From: Octopus sinensis
Lineage: Eukaryota
Length of the DNA stretch: 64,000 bases
Direction: 5' to 3'
Assembly: GCF_006345805.1 (NCBI RefSeq)
Contig: NC_042997.1
Span: 173,724,001-173,788,000, forward strand
In this document: positions 1-12,474 of the stretch, in pieces
How the letters are laid out: each line of letters begins with the position of its first letter
Position numbering within the stretch: the first letter of the stretch is position 1
Translations under genes and position numbers: made by a program
Notes under the pieces: generated by a model
The model's database searches: none
What the model saw: only the letters and a program-made list of their open reading frames with translations
Told to the model about the DNA's origin: nothing

Positions 1-163
1 TAGAGGCCCAGCCTTACAAGTTCTTTTACAGGACTTAGAAAATCTGAAGGACCATTGCAATAAGTGTGTGAATCTGAGAAGGGAATATGTTGAATAAAAT
101 CGTAATTAACTGATCTTCGTGTATTTTTCCCCAAAGCCATGAACTTTTCAGCGACATCTCGTA
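1..163 (+). mobile_element. Mariner-derived MITE, 3' part (runs off the window edge)
   Basis: Remnant of a mariner transposase C-terminus (KCVNLRREYVE*). Right TIR GCCATGAACTTTTCAGCGACATCTCGTA. Homologous to the complete copy at 34925-35137. Confidence 0.6.
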
Positions 164-166
164 TAT

Positions 167-365
167 TGGTTTCAAATATTTTGGCTCAAAGCCAACAACT
201 TTGGGGCAGTGGTAAATAGATTACATCGATCTACTTGCTCAACTGGAACTTATTTTACCAACCCCAAAAGGATCACAAAGTCAAACCCGGCGGAATTTTG
301 AAATCAGAACTTAAAGATGGACGAATTGCCGCTAAGCAATGGGTGTATATATATCAATGTCAATA
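167..365 (-). mobile_element. SINE family A (tRNA-derived), degenerate copy
   Basis: Reverse complement matches the family A body (GAGTTCAAATTCCGCCGAGGTCGAC...CCTTTCATCCTTTCGGGGTCGATAAA) and the CCTTGTGCCAAAATTTGAAACC-type tail. Confidence 0.7.
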
Positions 366-789
366 TAGATATTTTATGTGTCTGGAAAGAAAAGCTAGGA
401 TGGGTATGGTTGGAACGCCTTCAATCATAAGTGACTTCGATCATGTCTGACTTGATTGTCAGAAAGGACTAAAACACACACACAAAAAAAGAAAAACTAA
501 TCCAATTTTACGATTTCTTTTTCCTTAATTTTCACAAATCTGTGAGGACAAGTAAAATGGCGTGGATACTTCTTTGATAAAGACACAGAAAGAAAAAATA
601 AGGAAAAAAAGAGAAAAAAACATTTTAAGTAAATCTGCATCTGTCCTTTATTGGTTTTTTCACTAATATTGCTCTTATATTTTATGTTTCATTTCATAGT
701 TTTAATTCTTAAGCTTTTATTTCTTATCTATCTCCTTCTTTCGCCATTCATTAGTCCTATTTTAACTTTATTTTAACATCACTGAAAAT

Positions 790-1195
790 ACTCTTTCTCT
801 CTTTCTCTTTTACTTGTTTCAGTCATTTGACTGCGGCCATGCTGGAGCACCGCCTTTAGTCGATCAAATCGACCCCGGAACTTATTCTTTGTAAGCCCAG
901 TACTTATTCTATCGGTCTCTTTTGCCGAACCACTAAGTGGCGGGGGCGTAGACACACCAGCATCGGTTGTCAAGCAATGCTAGGGGGACAAACACAGACA
1001 CACAAACACACACATATATATATACATATATACGACAGGCTTTTTTCAGTTTCCATCTACCAAATCCACTCACAAGGCATTGGTCGGCCCGGGGCTATAG
1101 CAGAAGACACTTGCCCAAGATGCCACGCAGTGGGACTGAACCCGCAACCATGTGGTTGGTTAGCAAGCTACTTACCACACAGCCACTCTTGCGCC
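790..1195 (-). mobile_element. SINE family B (tRNA head, CORE-like segment, internal microsatellite, (TAAAAGAG)n tail)
   Basis: Head GGCGCAAGAGTGGCTGTGTGGTAAG, B-box-like GGTTCAGTCCC, CORE-like CTTGGGCAAGTGTCTT. About 20 copies in the window. Confidence 0.85.
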
Positions 1196-1439
1196 TATTG
1201 TTGCATTATAAGAAAAAAACATTACATCATCGTCATCATCATCATCGTCGTCGTCGTCGTCGTCGTTGTTGTCGGTGCGATTGTTTCATTTTCTTTCAGG
1301 TTCATTCGTGGAGGTTTCTAAACCAGAATTTCATTAGATAAGATTGTTGAACTTTTTCTTTCTGTTAGCCTGAGTAAACATTACATCAACGCCATTATTA
1401 AGTCAATCCTCCTACACTTCATTTTCTAAATTCTCTCCT

Positions 1440-1482
1440 TGCGCGCGCGCGTGCACAGACGCACAAACACACACACGTATGA

Positions 1483-1526
<44 letters not shown>

Positions 1527-1603
1527 TAAAAAATAAGTGTGACTGAAAGAAAGTAAAGAGAAACAAAAATAGAGAAATGCATTGTGAGTATGTGTGTGTG
1601 TAT

Positions 1604-1636
<33 letters not shown>

Positions 1637-2170
1637 CAAACATACATATATACGTACATATACATATATACATGCATATATATATTATATGTGCATATAT
1701 ATATACATACATATATACGTGCATATATACATAATATATACATACATACAGGCATACATATATATGCATATATACGTACATATATACATATATATACATA
1801 CATATATATATGCATGCATATATTCATACATATATACATACGCATATATACATACATATATATACACATATATATATACATACATATATATATACATGCA
1901 TGTACACATACGTATATATACATACATATGCACATACATATATACATACATATATATACATATACATATATATCTATACATATATATATATACATATATA
2001 CCTATACATATATATAAATACATATATATATACATATTTATGTATATATATATATATATGTGCGTACATATATATAAATACATATACATACATATATATG
2101 TGTATATATATACATATACACACGAATATATACATCCAAACATATATATTATACACACACATACACACAA

Positions 2171-2225
<55 letters not shown>
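1440..2225. repeat. Compound (TA)n/(TACA)n/(CA)n microsatellite field
   Basis: Seen directly; explains the YIYI/CVCV ORFs. Confidence 0.95.
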
Positions 2226-3982
2226 AACACCTACATAAATATTACAGAAAGATACAAGAGAAAGGAAAATGAAGCTACGAACTAAAGAATCAACATAAGA
2301 TAAAGAAAAAAACTGTAATGAAAGAAATGTAGAAAATAAGAGGGAAAAGCAGAAAAGTAAAAGAAAAGATAAGAAAACCCTATAAAACAGTAAACAAAGA
2401 GAAAACCAGAAAAAAAAGATAGGGGTAAGATAGGGGAAAAGACTATAGTAACAAGCAACAAGAAAATAAAAGTAAAAAGTTCAAATAAAATCAGAAAAAA
2501 AAATGCAGTCACAAAGATTGGTAGAAGAAATGAAAGAAAAGAGCAAAGGTCTAAAAAATAAAATGAAAATAAAAAAATAATGTGTAAAAGCGAGGGTAGG
2601 GGTCTGGGGTGGTGGTGACGGGTGAAGAAAATCTTGAGAAATGCAAAATACAAATGTTTCTGAAACGAATACCTAAGATGGAGGGGAAAAAAAACTGACA
2701 CAGAACAGAGGAACCTGAATAAATAAATAAATGAATAAATAAATAAATAAATATTCACGAAATAAATAGCCTATTCCTCCACCCTCCAAGTCTTGAGTTT
2801 AATGGCCCTGGGATAGCTTAACTGATCCAGCTGGTCGTTAGTGTCAGTAGTGACTAGCTCCGCCTACCTGTCGGTTCGCTACACTCTTATTTATTATTGT
2901 GCTACTACTAATGCGTATATTTTGGGGGTTTTTTTCCCTCGTCGTTCTTTTTTACTTAGATTTTCTGCCGTCCTCCTTTCCACCACCCTCCTAAAATCCT
3001 TACACAGAGAAGGGAGGTGGGAGACCAAGATCTTATAGTCACCGTCTCACCGTAACTTTCACTGATACTACTATTTAACTTCACCCACCACCTCCTCATT
3101 TATTTCTTGATTTTTTTTTTCCCTTTTCTTTTTAATTCTACCCGCTAGGCGTCGTCGAATTATTTCTGCCCAAATGACTGACTGACTGACCCAGGAAATG
3201 GCAGCCATTTTAGTTGATTGCTCACTCTTTTGAAAGTATTTATTTTACTGTATAGTAAAGTCAGTCCCACGGGTTCTGTGCACGCCTCCCACAAGCTTAA
3301 CAGCGTTAAAGAGTTAAGGATTTGGGAGTAGCAAGTTAACATAAGCAGGCATTAATGATGGGAGTGGACAGAAGAAATACAATAATGAAGAAAAGTTTAA
3401 TGATGTGGATTGAAGTTGGTTTAGTCCAAATGAGATGACTGGAGGCGAATGAATTTTGAACAATTCGGGTTTAAATACTGGAAAATTGCCTACAGACGGG
3501 GATGTACATTTTAATACTTCAAGCATGCCCTTTTTAGATGTGGCCTTGTTCTCTAATATAGTCTACTATCATTTGCAGGTCAGCCAAAAAATATGCTGTT
3601 TACATAATATAAAAGCATAAGGCCGTCCCAAAGTTTGAGCCTCTGAGTAACCGTTAAAACTATTAGAAATAGCAGCCAAATTGAACTGAAATCACACCTC
3701 GCTGTATAAAACAAGGATTCGCCATGTTGGATTATGTAGTACATTGTCAATTTCTGCTCGGGACACTCAGGCTAATCAACAACAACAAAAATCATAGTGC
3801 AAAAGACAGTTGATATTTTCTACTTACAATGTTCTCTTGAATTTTATTGCGCTCGTACATCCCTCAGAAAAGCTAATTCCATGATGGGAAATCAACTTGA
3901 ATAATACTTGGAATGTGACACAAGTGAATTCCTAAGATACATTTTCAATCAGAACCTCATTAGTAATAGTGAGGAGGATAAT

Positions 3983-5149
3983 AATGGTTTCAAATTTTGG
4001 CTCAAGACAAGCAGTATTTAGGGGAGGCGGTAAATCATTACATCGACTCCAGTGCATAACTGCTACTTATTTTATCGACTCCGAAACGATGGAAGCGTAG
4101 TTGACCTGAGTGGAATTTGAACTCAGGACGTAAGAACTGGAAGAAATGTTGCTTAGCATTTTGTCCGAGATGCTAAAGTTTCTGCAGCTTGCTGTCTTAG
4201 TAATTATTTCTATTATAGGTACAAGGCTTGAAATTTTGGTGGGAGAAAGTAAAGAAACTAATCGATTGTACCAGCCCGGTGTTTAACTAGTACGTATTTT
4301 ATCAACGCCGAACGGAAGGCAGAATTGACCTCAATGAAATTTGAACTAAGAACGTAAAGACGGACGAAATACCTGTTTCTTTATTACCCACAAGGGGCTA
4401 AACACAGAGGTGACAAACAAGGACAGACAAACGGATCAAGTCGATTACATCGAACCCAGTGCGTAACTGGTACTTAATTTATCGACCCCGAAAGGATGAA
4501 AGGCAAAGTCGACCTCGGCGGAATTTGAACTCAGAACGTAACGGCAGACGAAATACGGCTACGCATTTCGCCCGGCGTTCTAACGGTTCTGCCAGCTCGC
4601 CGCCTTAATAATTTTGAATATTTGCACAAGGCTTCAGGGAAGCGGATAAGTCGATTACATCGACCTCAGTGTTCAACTGGTACTTACTTTATCGACCTCG
4701 AAAGGATGAAAGACAATGTCAACCTCGGCGAAATTTGAACTTAGAACGTAGCGGTAGACGAAATACCTATTTCTTTACTACCCACAAGGGGCTAAACACA
4801 GAGGGGGCAAACAAGGACAGACATAGGTATTAAGTCGATTACATCGATCCTAGTGCGTAACTGTTACTTATTTAATCGATCCCGAAAGGATGAAAGGCAA
4901 AGTCGACCTCGGCGGAATTTGAACACAGAACGTAGCGGCAGACGAAATACCGCTAAACATTTCGCCCGGCGTGCTAAAGTTTCTGCTAGCTCGCCGCCTT
5001 AATAATAAAAATAATGACAATATACGTGTATAATAACGGTTTCAGATTTTGGCACAAGGCCAGCAATTTCAGGGGATTGGTTAAGTCGATTAAAGCGATT
5101 CCAGTGCTCAACTTATATTTATTTTACAAATAAAAAGCAATAGCCAAGC

Positions 5150-5201
<52 letters not shown>

Positions 5202-5437
5202 TAATAATAACAAGAAGAAGAAGAATCCTATCTACGATAGGTAAAAGGCCTGAAATTTTTGGGGAGGGGCCAGTCGATTAGATCGACCCCAGTACGCAAC
5301 TGGTACTTAGTTTATCGACCCCGAAAGGATGAAATGCAAAGTCAACCTCGGCGGCATTTGAACTCAGAACGTAGCGGCAGACGAAGTACCACTAAGCATT
5401 TATCCTGGCGTGCTAACGATTATGCCAGCCCACCGCC
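3983..5437 (-). mobile_element. Cluster of about 7 SINE family A copies, including two old+young composites (young copies 4374-4604 and 4768-4998)
   Basis: Repeated head GGCGGCGAGCTGGCAGAA (A-box-like) and GAGTTCAAATTCC (B-box-like). Young copies carry the ...GGGTAATAAAGAAATA-type tail. Confidence 0.85.
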
Positions 5438-5490
<53 letters not shown>

Positions 5491-5493
<3 letters not shown>

Positions 5494-5788
5494 GACCTGA
5501 AAATAGAGGTAACCAGAATGTGGAATCTAAAAACAGAAACAATTCCTATCATAGTAGGTGCATTAGGCATGATAAAAAAATATTCAGACAAATACATAAC
5601 AAAAACACCAGAACTTACAAACACATATAACATACAGAAAATTGCACTACTAGGCACTGCACACATCCTACGCAGAACACTTTCCATACAATAACCATCA
5701 GAGCATCACAACAAATCACAGCACATACCCAAGGCACACAGAGCTGCGCTCGGTAGTGAAATGAAAGCACGCTATAAAAATAAAACTA

Positions 5789-5791
<3 letters not shown>
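5491..5791 (+). mobile_element. R4/Dong-clade non-LTR retrotransposon, 5'-truncated 3' end (end of the restriction-like endonuclease domain plus 3' UTR)
   Basis: KDLKIEVTRMWNLKTETIPIIVGALGMIKK...IQKIALLGTAHILRRTLS* fits the RLE C-terminus pattern. Flanked on both sides by (AAT)n. Confidence 0.8.
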
Positions 5792-5850
<59 letters not shown>

Positions 5851-5859
5851 TAATAGTTT

Positions 5860-6064
5860 CAAATTTTGCCATAGGGGCAGCCACTTTGGAAGAGAGGACA
5901 AGCCGATTACATTGACCCCCTCCCCCAATGTTTTACTGGTACTTAATTTATAGATCAAGAAAGACTGAAAGGCAAAGTCGACTTCGGCAGAATTTGAATT
6001 CAGACGGACGAAATGCCGCTAAGCATTTTTCCCTGTGTACCAACGATTCTGAGAGCTCGCCACC
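5860..6064 (-). mobile_element. SINE family A copy
   Basis: Family A head, body and (ATT)n-ended tail. Confidence 0.75.
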
Positions 6065-6323
6065 TTATAAGTGTCTAATGACAAACATCCTTGCGTTTCA
6101 ACAATCAAATCGCTAACCATGGTAATTTGACTGGTTTCTTATTTTATCGCTCAGTGAAGAAGTAAAGCGCTGACCTTAGGATAATTTCACTTAATAGCGC
6201 AAAGGGGCGGAATCAAATACCACAAGATACTTTCCTAGGATACTTTTTGTTTACTCAACAGCGACTAGCAAGGTGAAAAGTCATAAAAACTTCTCCAATG
6301 CTCACGAGTTAACTTGTACTAAA

Positions 6324-6720
6324 TCTTTATATATAAAAGAGAGGTTGTGTGCTGTCTGTCTCCTACGATTTAGATTCCTAACTACTCCCAAATTTTGCGG
6401 TGCAGTTTAACCAAAACCGGGTATCTTATAGTCGTGATTCATATCGAGCCCTTCTGGGTATTAGCGCGCGTCTACGATGAGTCTACGATTTAAAAAAAAA
6501 TTTACCATCAATTTTTCCCATTTTTAATGCATTTTTGGCATATATAAGGGAAGTAACTCTCTAAAAATTTATTATTAAATCTCAGATCGTAAAAAGCTAC
6601 AGTAACACCCCCCACTTTGTGGTTAGCCATATTGAGATGGCTATTATACTTTACATCTCTAAAAATGCTTATATAGTTATTTCCCTTACAAGCCCGAACA
6701 ACGCCGGGCGATACTGCTAG
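6324..6720 (+). mobile_element. Non-autonomous Helitron
   Basis: 5' TC. 3' hairpin GCCCG-AACAACGC-CGGGC followed by ATACTGCTAG. Inserted between A and T with no TSD. Confidence 0.8.
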
Positions 6721-6875
6721 TATTCTATATATTTCTTATGTGGTCTATTTGAGGTGAATACTTCCTGTTTGTTTAATTTATATGGATATGAGGTCATAAC
6801 ACCAACTGCCTGCTAAGTCGTTGTATATGACATAACCAAACGTGCGTGCATGTATGTATGTCCATCAATCAATTA

Positions 6876-6923
<48 letters not shown>

Positions 6924-6958
6924 GTCTGTTTGTCTGTCTGTCTATTTATCTATCTATA

Positions 6959-7166
6959 GGCGTAGGCGTGGCTGTGTCGTAAGGAGCTTGCTTACCAACC
7001 ACATGGTTTCGGGTTGAACCCCACTGAGTGGGACCTTGGACATGTATCATCTACTATAACCTCAGGGAATTTTGTGAACGGAAACTGAAAGAAGTCCGTC
7101 GTATCTATCTATCTATCTCTATCTATCTATCTATCTATCTATCTATATCTATCTATCTATCTATCC

Positions 7167-7209
<43 letters not shown>

Positions 7210-7420
7210 GTATTTGTGCTTGTGTTTGTACCCCATCACCGTTTGCCCGCCGGTGCTGGCATGTTTACATCCCCGTAACTTAGCATTTCGGCAAAATAGG
7301 CCCAAAAGAATAAGCACTAACTTATAGAAAATAAGCCCTGCGGTGGATTTGTTTGACTAAAACCCTTCAGATTGGTGCATATGTATGGCTTCAGTCGAAT
7401 GACTGATAAGGGAAGAAAGA
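6959..7420 (+). mobile_element. SINE family B, diverged copy
   Basis: GGCGTAGGCGTGGCTGTG head, internal TCTA/GT repeats, family B 3' half. Confidence 0.75.
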
Positions 7421-7540
7421 CTCGCGCGCACAAAATTTATATATATATATATATAATAAAAGGGAAAAGGAGAGTTCAAATTGACATATCTTAATTTATT
7501 AACACAATGTTATATTATTATTGGAATAATATAAAAACAT

Positions 7541-7862
7541 GAAGGCGCATGGCTCAGTGGTTAGAGCGTCGAGCTTACGATCGCGAGGTTGTGAGCTCGA
7601 ATCCCGGACCGGGCTGCGTGTTGTGTTCATGAGCAAGGCACTTTATTTCACTTTATTTCACGTTGTTCCAGTTCACTCAGCTGTAGAAATGAGTTGCGAC
7701 GTCACTGGTGCCAAGCTGTATCGACCTTTGTCTTTCCCTTCAATAACACTGGTGGTGTGGAGAGGGGAGGCCGGTATGCATGGGTGACTGCTGGTCTTCC
7801 ATAAACAACCTCGCCCGGACTTGTGTCTAGGAGGGTAACTTTCTAGGTGCAATCCCATGGTC
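7541..7862 (+). mobile_element. SINE family C (tRNA-Arg-like head plus CORE-like segment)
   Basis: TGGCTCAGTGGTTAG A-box, GAGCTCGAATCCC B-box, then ATGAGCAAGGCACTT...CAGCTGTAGAAATG. Partial copies near 22095-22250(-), 25127-25207(-), 27945-28075(-) and 40659-40790(+). Confidence 0.8.
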
Positions 7863-8227
7863 TGTGTCTCCGAATATAAAAACATAAAAAAAATATGAAT
7901 ACAATCCCTACAATTTTTTCGATTCAAACAAAAAGCAAATTTATAAAATTCATATTATTATAAATTTGCTGTTGGTTTTGGGGTTTGGATCGAAACAATT
8001 TTAGAGATTGTATTTATATTTATTTTAATATTTTTATATTAATGTAATAATGATATAATACTATGTTAATTTATTAACATGTCAATTTGAACTCCCCATT
8101 TAATTTTTATTATTGTATATTGTGTATATATAGTGATTTATATTGGAGAAATTTTTCTACTAAATATTATATATTGGGTATTGAACAGTTAACCAATGAA
8201 AATTGGATGTTTTACATCCCTATGAGA

Positions 8228-8322
<95 letters not shown>

Positions 8323-8430
8323 ATTATATAAAAGGGCTTAGTAAAATAAATTACTTTGCCGCATACTGAACTCATTAGAAATAGTAGCTAAAAAAAACTT
8401 TTTTAAAACTATTTCTAATACTTAAAGAAC

Positions 8431-8503
8431 CAAGGAGTTCTGAGCTGATGATAGAAATGTCGAGTTGACTAATCTTGAAACGTACGTTCTCAAATAACCT
8501 TTG
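8431..8503 (+). ncRNA. Type I hammerhead ribozyme motif
   Basis: TGAG-CTGATGA-[stem II]-GAA-ACGTACGT-T-CTCA. Palindromic stem III and GUU triplet. Stem I extends through GTT/AAC and CAAGG/CTTTG. Confidence 0.75.
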
Positions 8504-8989
8504 CATTTGATTTTTTAATGTCTTTACCCCCATACTTTCGTGAGTTGAATTGAGCAAACACTATATAAGAGAGGTTTTCTTTAAGTATTAGAAATAGTTT
8601 TAAAAAAGTTTTTTTTAGCTACTATTTCTAATGAGTTCAGTATGCGGCAAAGTAATTTATTTTACTAAGCCCTTTTATATAATGTAATAATTTGAATTCG
8701 CCTTAAATGGTCCCTTTGCATACTGAATACTTGGTGAAATTGATTAATAATTAATTAATTTTACCCTCAATTGTTGAAATTATAATTCATCTCTCTATTT
8801 AATGCCTCGGATTTTACCGAAAAAAGCATAGTGTTTACTGATTTTAACCCACGCTGGTGGAAAGGGGAGAGCAGAAATTCTTCGCTTGCATATTTGAGTT
8901 TGCTGGCACTGTTAGTTTCGAGCAGATCTTCAGAAGCGATAAGAAGCCGAAAGGGTATGCTCCCACTTTCAGTGTTTTCAAATCCAAAC

Positions 8990-9062
8990 CAAGGAGTTCT
9001 GAGCTGATGATAGAAATGCCGAGTTGACTAATCTTGAAACGTACGTTCTCAAATAACCTTTG
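8990..9062 (+). ncRNA. Type I hammerhead ribozyme motif (second copy)
   Basis: Same as 8431-8503 with one stem II substitution. Confidence 0.75.
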
Positions 9063-9844
9063 CATTTGATTTTTTAATGTCTTTACCCCCATACTTTCGT
9101 GAGTTGAATTGAGCAAACACTATATGAGAGAGGTTTTCTTTAAGTATTAGAAATAGTTTAAAAAAAGTTTTTTTTAGCTACTATTTCTAATGAGTTCAGT
9201 ATGCGGCAAAGTAATTTATTTTACTAAGCCCTTTTATATAATGTAATAATTTGAATTCGCCTTAAATGGTACCTTTGCATACTGAATACTTGGTGAAATT
9301 GATTAATAATTAATTAATTTTACCCTCAATTGTTGAAATATATATATATATATATATATACAGAGAGAGACATACGCACTAAAAGTGCATAAAAATAATA
9401 GGTCAACAATGAAAAAACAAGAAAAAGAAACAAAAATTTATTTCCTATGTCCTGCATCTCTGTTCCTGAGAAACGGTTTCAAATACTTATATCGGTTATC
9501 TGTCGTTTCTATCGTATTTATATCTATTGGTTAAAATGTGATATAGGTTTTAACAAGATTTTATATATTTTTATGAATGACAAAATAAAACCGCTGAAGT
9601 TCTCAGTTCAATAAAGAAACCCAAACAGGCCTAAGGAAAATTAATGATATTTCATACGTCAATATGGATATTAAACGTAGGGCAAGCAGCAAGCAAAACT
9701 CCAAACGTTCCGAATTCGAACATCAAAGAGACGACTTTCTTTCTTTTCTATTTTTTTCCTTACAAGGATGTAAAGAAGGCAACACCGGCTGTCAATCAGT
9801 GGTGGGTGAGTGACATAGATACGCACACACACACAGACACATAT

Positions 9845-10258
9845 ACTCTTTTACTCTTTTACTTGTTTCAGTCATTTGACTGTGGCCATGCTGGAGCACC
9901 GCCTTTAATCGAGCAACTCGACCCCAGGACTTATTCTTTTGTAAGCCCAGTACTTATTTTATCGGTCTCTTTTTTCCGAACCGCTAAGTAACGTGGACGT
10001 AAACACACCAGCATCGGTTGTCAAGCAATGCTAGGGGGACAAACACAGACACACAAACACACACACATACACATATATATATATATACATATATACGACA
10101 GGCTTCTTTCAGTTTCCGTCTACCAAATCCACTCACAAGGCATTGGTCGGCCCGGGGCTATAGCAGAAGACACTTGCCCAAGATGCCACGCAGTGGGACT
10201 GAACCCGGAACCATGTGGCTGGTTAGCAAGCTACTTACCACACAGCCACTCCTGCGCC
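9845..10258 (-). mobile_element. SINE family B, young full-length copy
   Basis: Near-identical to the other family B copies. Confidence 0.85.
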
Positions 10259-10622
10259 TCATATATTATTTTATTCTTCTATATATTTCAGCCCTAAGGC
10301 TGGGGCACCGATGTCTATTATTATAATGAGTTTGTTTGTAACTTTGTCCAAAATCACGCAATAAGGGAGTAGCAGAGTAAGTAAGACTAAAAAAAGAAAA
10401 GAGACAAAATGGTAATAACAATGAGAGAGGGAGTGGTATCAAACAGCGCCTCTCCCTCTCTCTCAACAAAAACCTTTACACTATCTCTCTTTCTCTCTCA
10501 CTCTCTCTCTTTCTCTCTCTCCCACCCCCTCTCTCTATCTATCTATCTAAATGTGACCTCGTGTGTACCGTTGGCGATTTTTTCCCTCCGTCTTCCCTTC
10601 TTTGGATCTTTCCTTTTCCTAT

Positions 10623-10657
10623 GTTTCTGACGAAGAGCTCCGCTCGAAACTTTAAAC
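10623..10657 (+). ncRNA. Minimal hammerhead motif, slightly degenerate, within a probable Penelope-type repeat (about 10545-10760)
   Basis: GTTT-CTGACGA-A-GAGC-TCC-GCTC-GAA-ACTT-T-AAAC. Stem III is ACTT rather than the palindromic ACGT. Confidence 0.55.
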
Positions 10658-10759
10658 CCTCCTTCTTTCCTTGTTTCCTGAGCGTCCAATAATACTATAC
10701 TTGTTCCACGTCCTCGCGTTGTTGTGTTTTCTCTTTGCGTTTTCATGTTTGGATTAACT

Positions 10760-10900
<141 letters not shown>

Positions 10901-11409
10901 TACAGACGCATACACACAATCTCTTTCTCACTCTCTCTTTTTCACTCTCCCTCTCTTTCTTTCTTTCTCTCTCTCTCTCTCTCACTCTCTTTTTACCGCA
11001 TGAAACGGGAAAAGATCTTGAAGACAAACTTCATCGCCTTGGCAAAATTCTTCATTCATAAATATTTATAAACATTACTGTATCGGTAAGTATTTGTAAA
11101 TATTTATAATTACCTTCCTTTTATATTTAGTTTTCTTTAAACAGACAATATTATCAAGTTTGCTTTCAATAGAAAATATTGTAATTTTATGACTTAAAAA
11201 TTATTACTTATTTACTTCTAATCTATTCTATTCTATTAACTTTGCAGCATTTTAAGCAGAAAACTCTTCCAGAACAGTCAAACATCCATAGAGGTACAGA
11301 AAAAATAATTTTGATGTACAAAAATCTTATTTACTTATCCTATATATTGTTATTAATGTTTACCGGGATAAAAAAATAAGCGTTCATCAAATAAAAATGA
11401 AAATGTCGT

Positions 11410-11453
<44 letters not shown>

Positions 11454-11656
11454 GTGTAAAAGAGAGGCTGATAGACAGAGACAGAGAACGCGTAGACGTT
11501 GCTGGAAAAAAATAAGTTGCTGTGTGTATGCCGTTAGTGTAATCCTGTGTAATTTGGACTTTATATGGTTACGTATAGACACACACACACAAATATATTC
11601 ATTTGTTTTGAAGTTTGTGTTCCGTTATATTAAATATACTCATCCATCTGCTAAGG

Positions 11657-12092
11657 AGAATTAATCAGACAAAGGCGAAGAACAGCCAGTCACACTCAGG
11701 AAGAACTGGACGCAAGAAGATTAAACAATAGATTAAGGTTATTAAATCAATCACAAGAAGTGAAACAAGAGAGACGAGCGCAAGACGCAAGAAGACAGGC
11801 TGGAAGACACCAAAATGAAAAGAAGCGCCTAACTGCACAAAGGAGCGATGTCCATAGAGAGAGAACAGCACAAAAGCGCCAAGATGGAACGGAAGAGCAA
11901 GCAGCAGTGAGGAGAGAATACCTAAGAATGAGATCATCGCAAAGGCGACAAGATGAAGAGGAAGAAGGAGCAGCACAAAGGAGAGAAATCGGAGGAGAAA
12001 GAACATCGAGGAGAAGAATGGAAGAATTTATTAATACTGAAACGGACCGTCCAAAGCAAGGCGAACTCATTGCTGGTAGGGTTTTTCACTAG
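11657..12092 (+). pseudogene. Open frame with 23-aa Arg/Glu-rich STPR-like repeats, no in-frame upstream ATG; probably a Helitron RepHel N-terminal remnant
   Basis: QSQEVKQERRAQDARRQAGRHQN / EKKRLTAQRSDVHRERTAQKRQD / GTEEQAAVRREYLRMRSSQRRQD / EEEEGAAQRREIGGERTSRRRME: exact 23-aa period with Arg at position 9 in all four. Confidence 0.5.
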
Positions 12093-12256
12093 ATACGTGA
12101 TGTTGAAGCAATTACTGAGATAAAGGTTGTAATGTTTTTATTTTAATTTGATTTTCCGCATCGTTTTCATGCCGTCATTTCTGATGGCACGGTTACACTT
12201 GTGTGTATATATATATATTAATCGAAGTGTACAATATTATATATTCATTATGACTG

Positions 12257-12339
12257 ATCTTACCAATCGGTTTCGCACTAGGAGTTCAACGGAGTGTTAA
12301 GTAACAGTCTGATTATATAACCATGTGTTCATCAGAGAT
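12257..12339 (-). ncRNA. Hammerhead motif with long stem II, degenerate
   Basis: Minus strand: ATCT-CTGATGA-[54 nt]-GAA-ACCGATTGGT-A-AGAT. GUA triplet and near-palindromic stem III. Confidence 0.55.
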
Positions 12340-12368
12340 AGCTGTTATGTAATAAAATATAGCGACTG

Positions 12369-12403
<35 letters not shown>

Positions 12404-12474
12404 TTGGATATCTCTCCTTTGTGCAATTAGGTGTTCCTTTTCATTTTGATGTCTTCGAGCCTGTCTTCTTGCTT

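Larger units (their letters stand above)
8323..9339 (+). mobile_element. Miniature ORF-less Penelope-like or retrozyme-like element: inverted 107 bp + 353-bp repeat + 206-bp spacer + 353-bp repeat
   Basis: 8428-8780 is almost identical to 8987-9339 (offset 559). 8323-8429 is the reverse complement of 8577-8683. Each direct repeat starts with a hammerhead. Flanked by (TA)n on both sides. Confidence 0.7.

Noticed and set aside
7541-7615. tRNA-like sequence (also at 54911)
   Set aside because: No full cloverleaf, and it continues into SINE body sequence; these are SINE heads, not tRNA genes.
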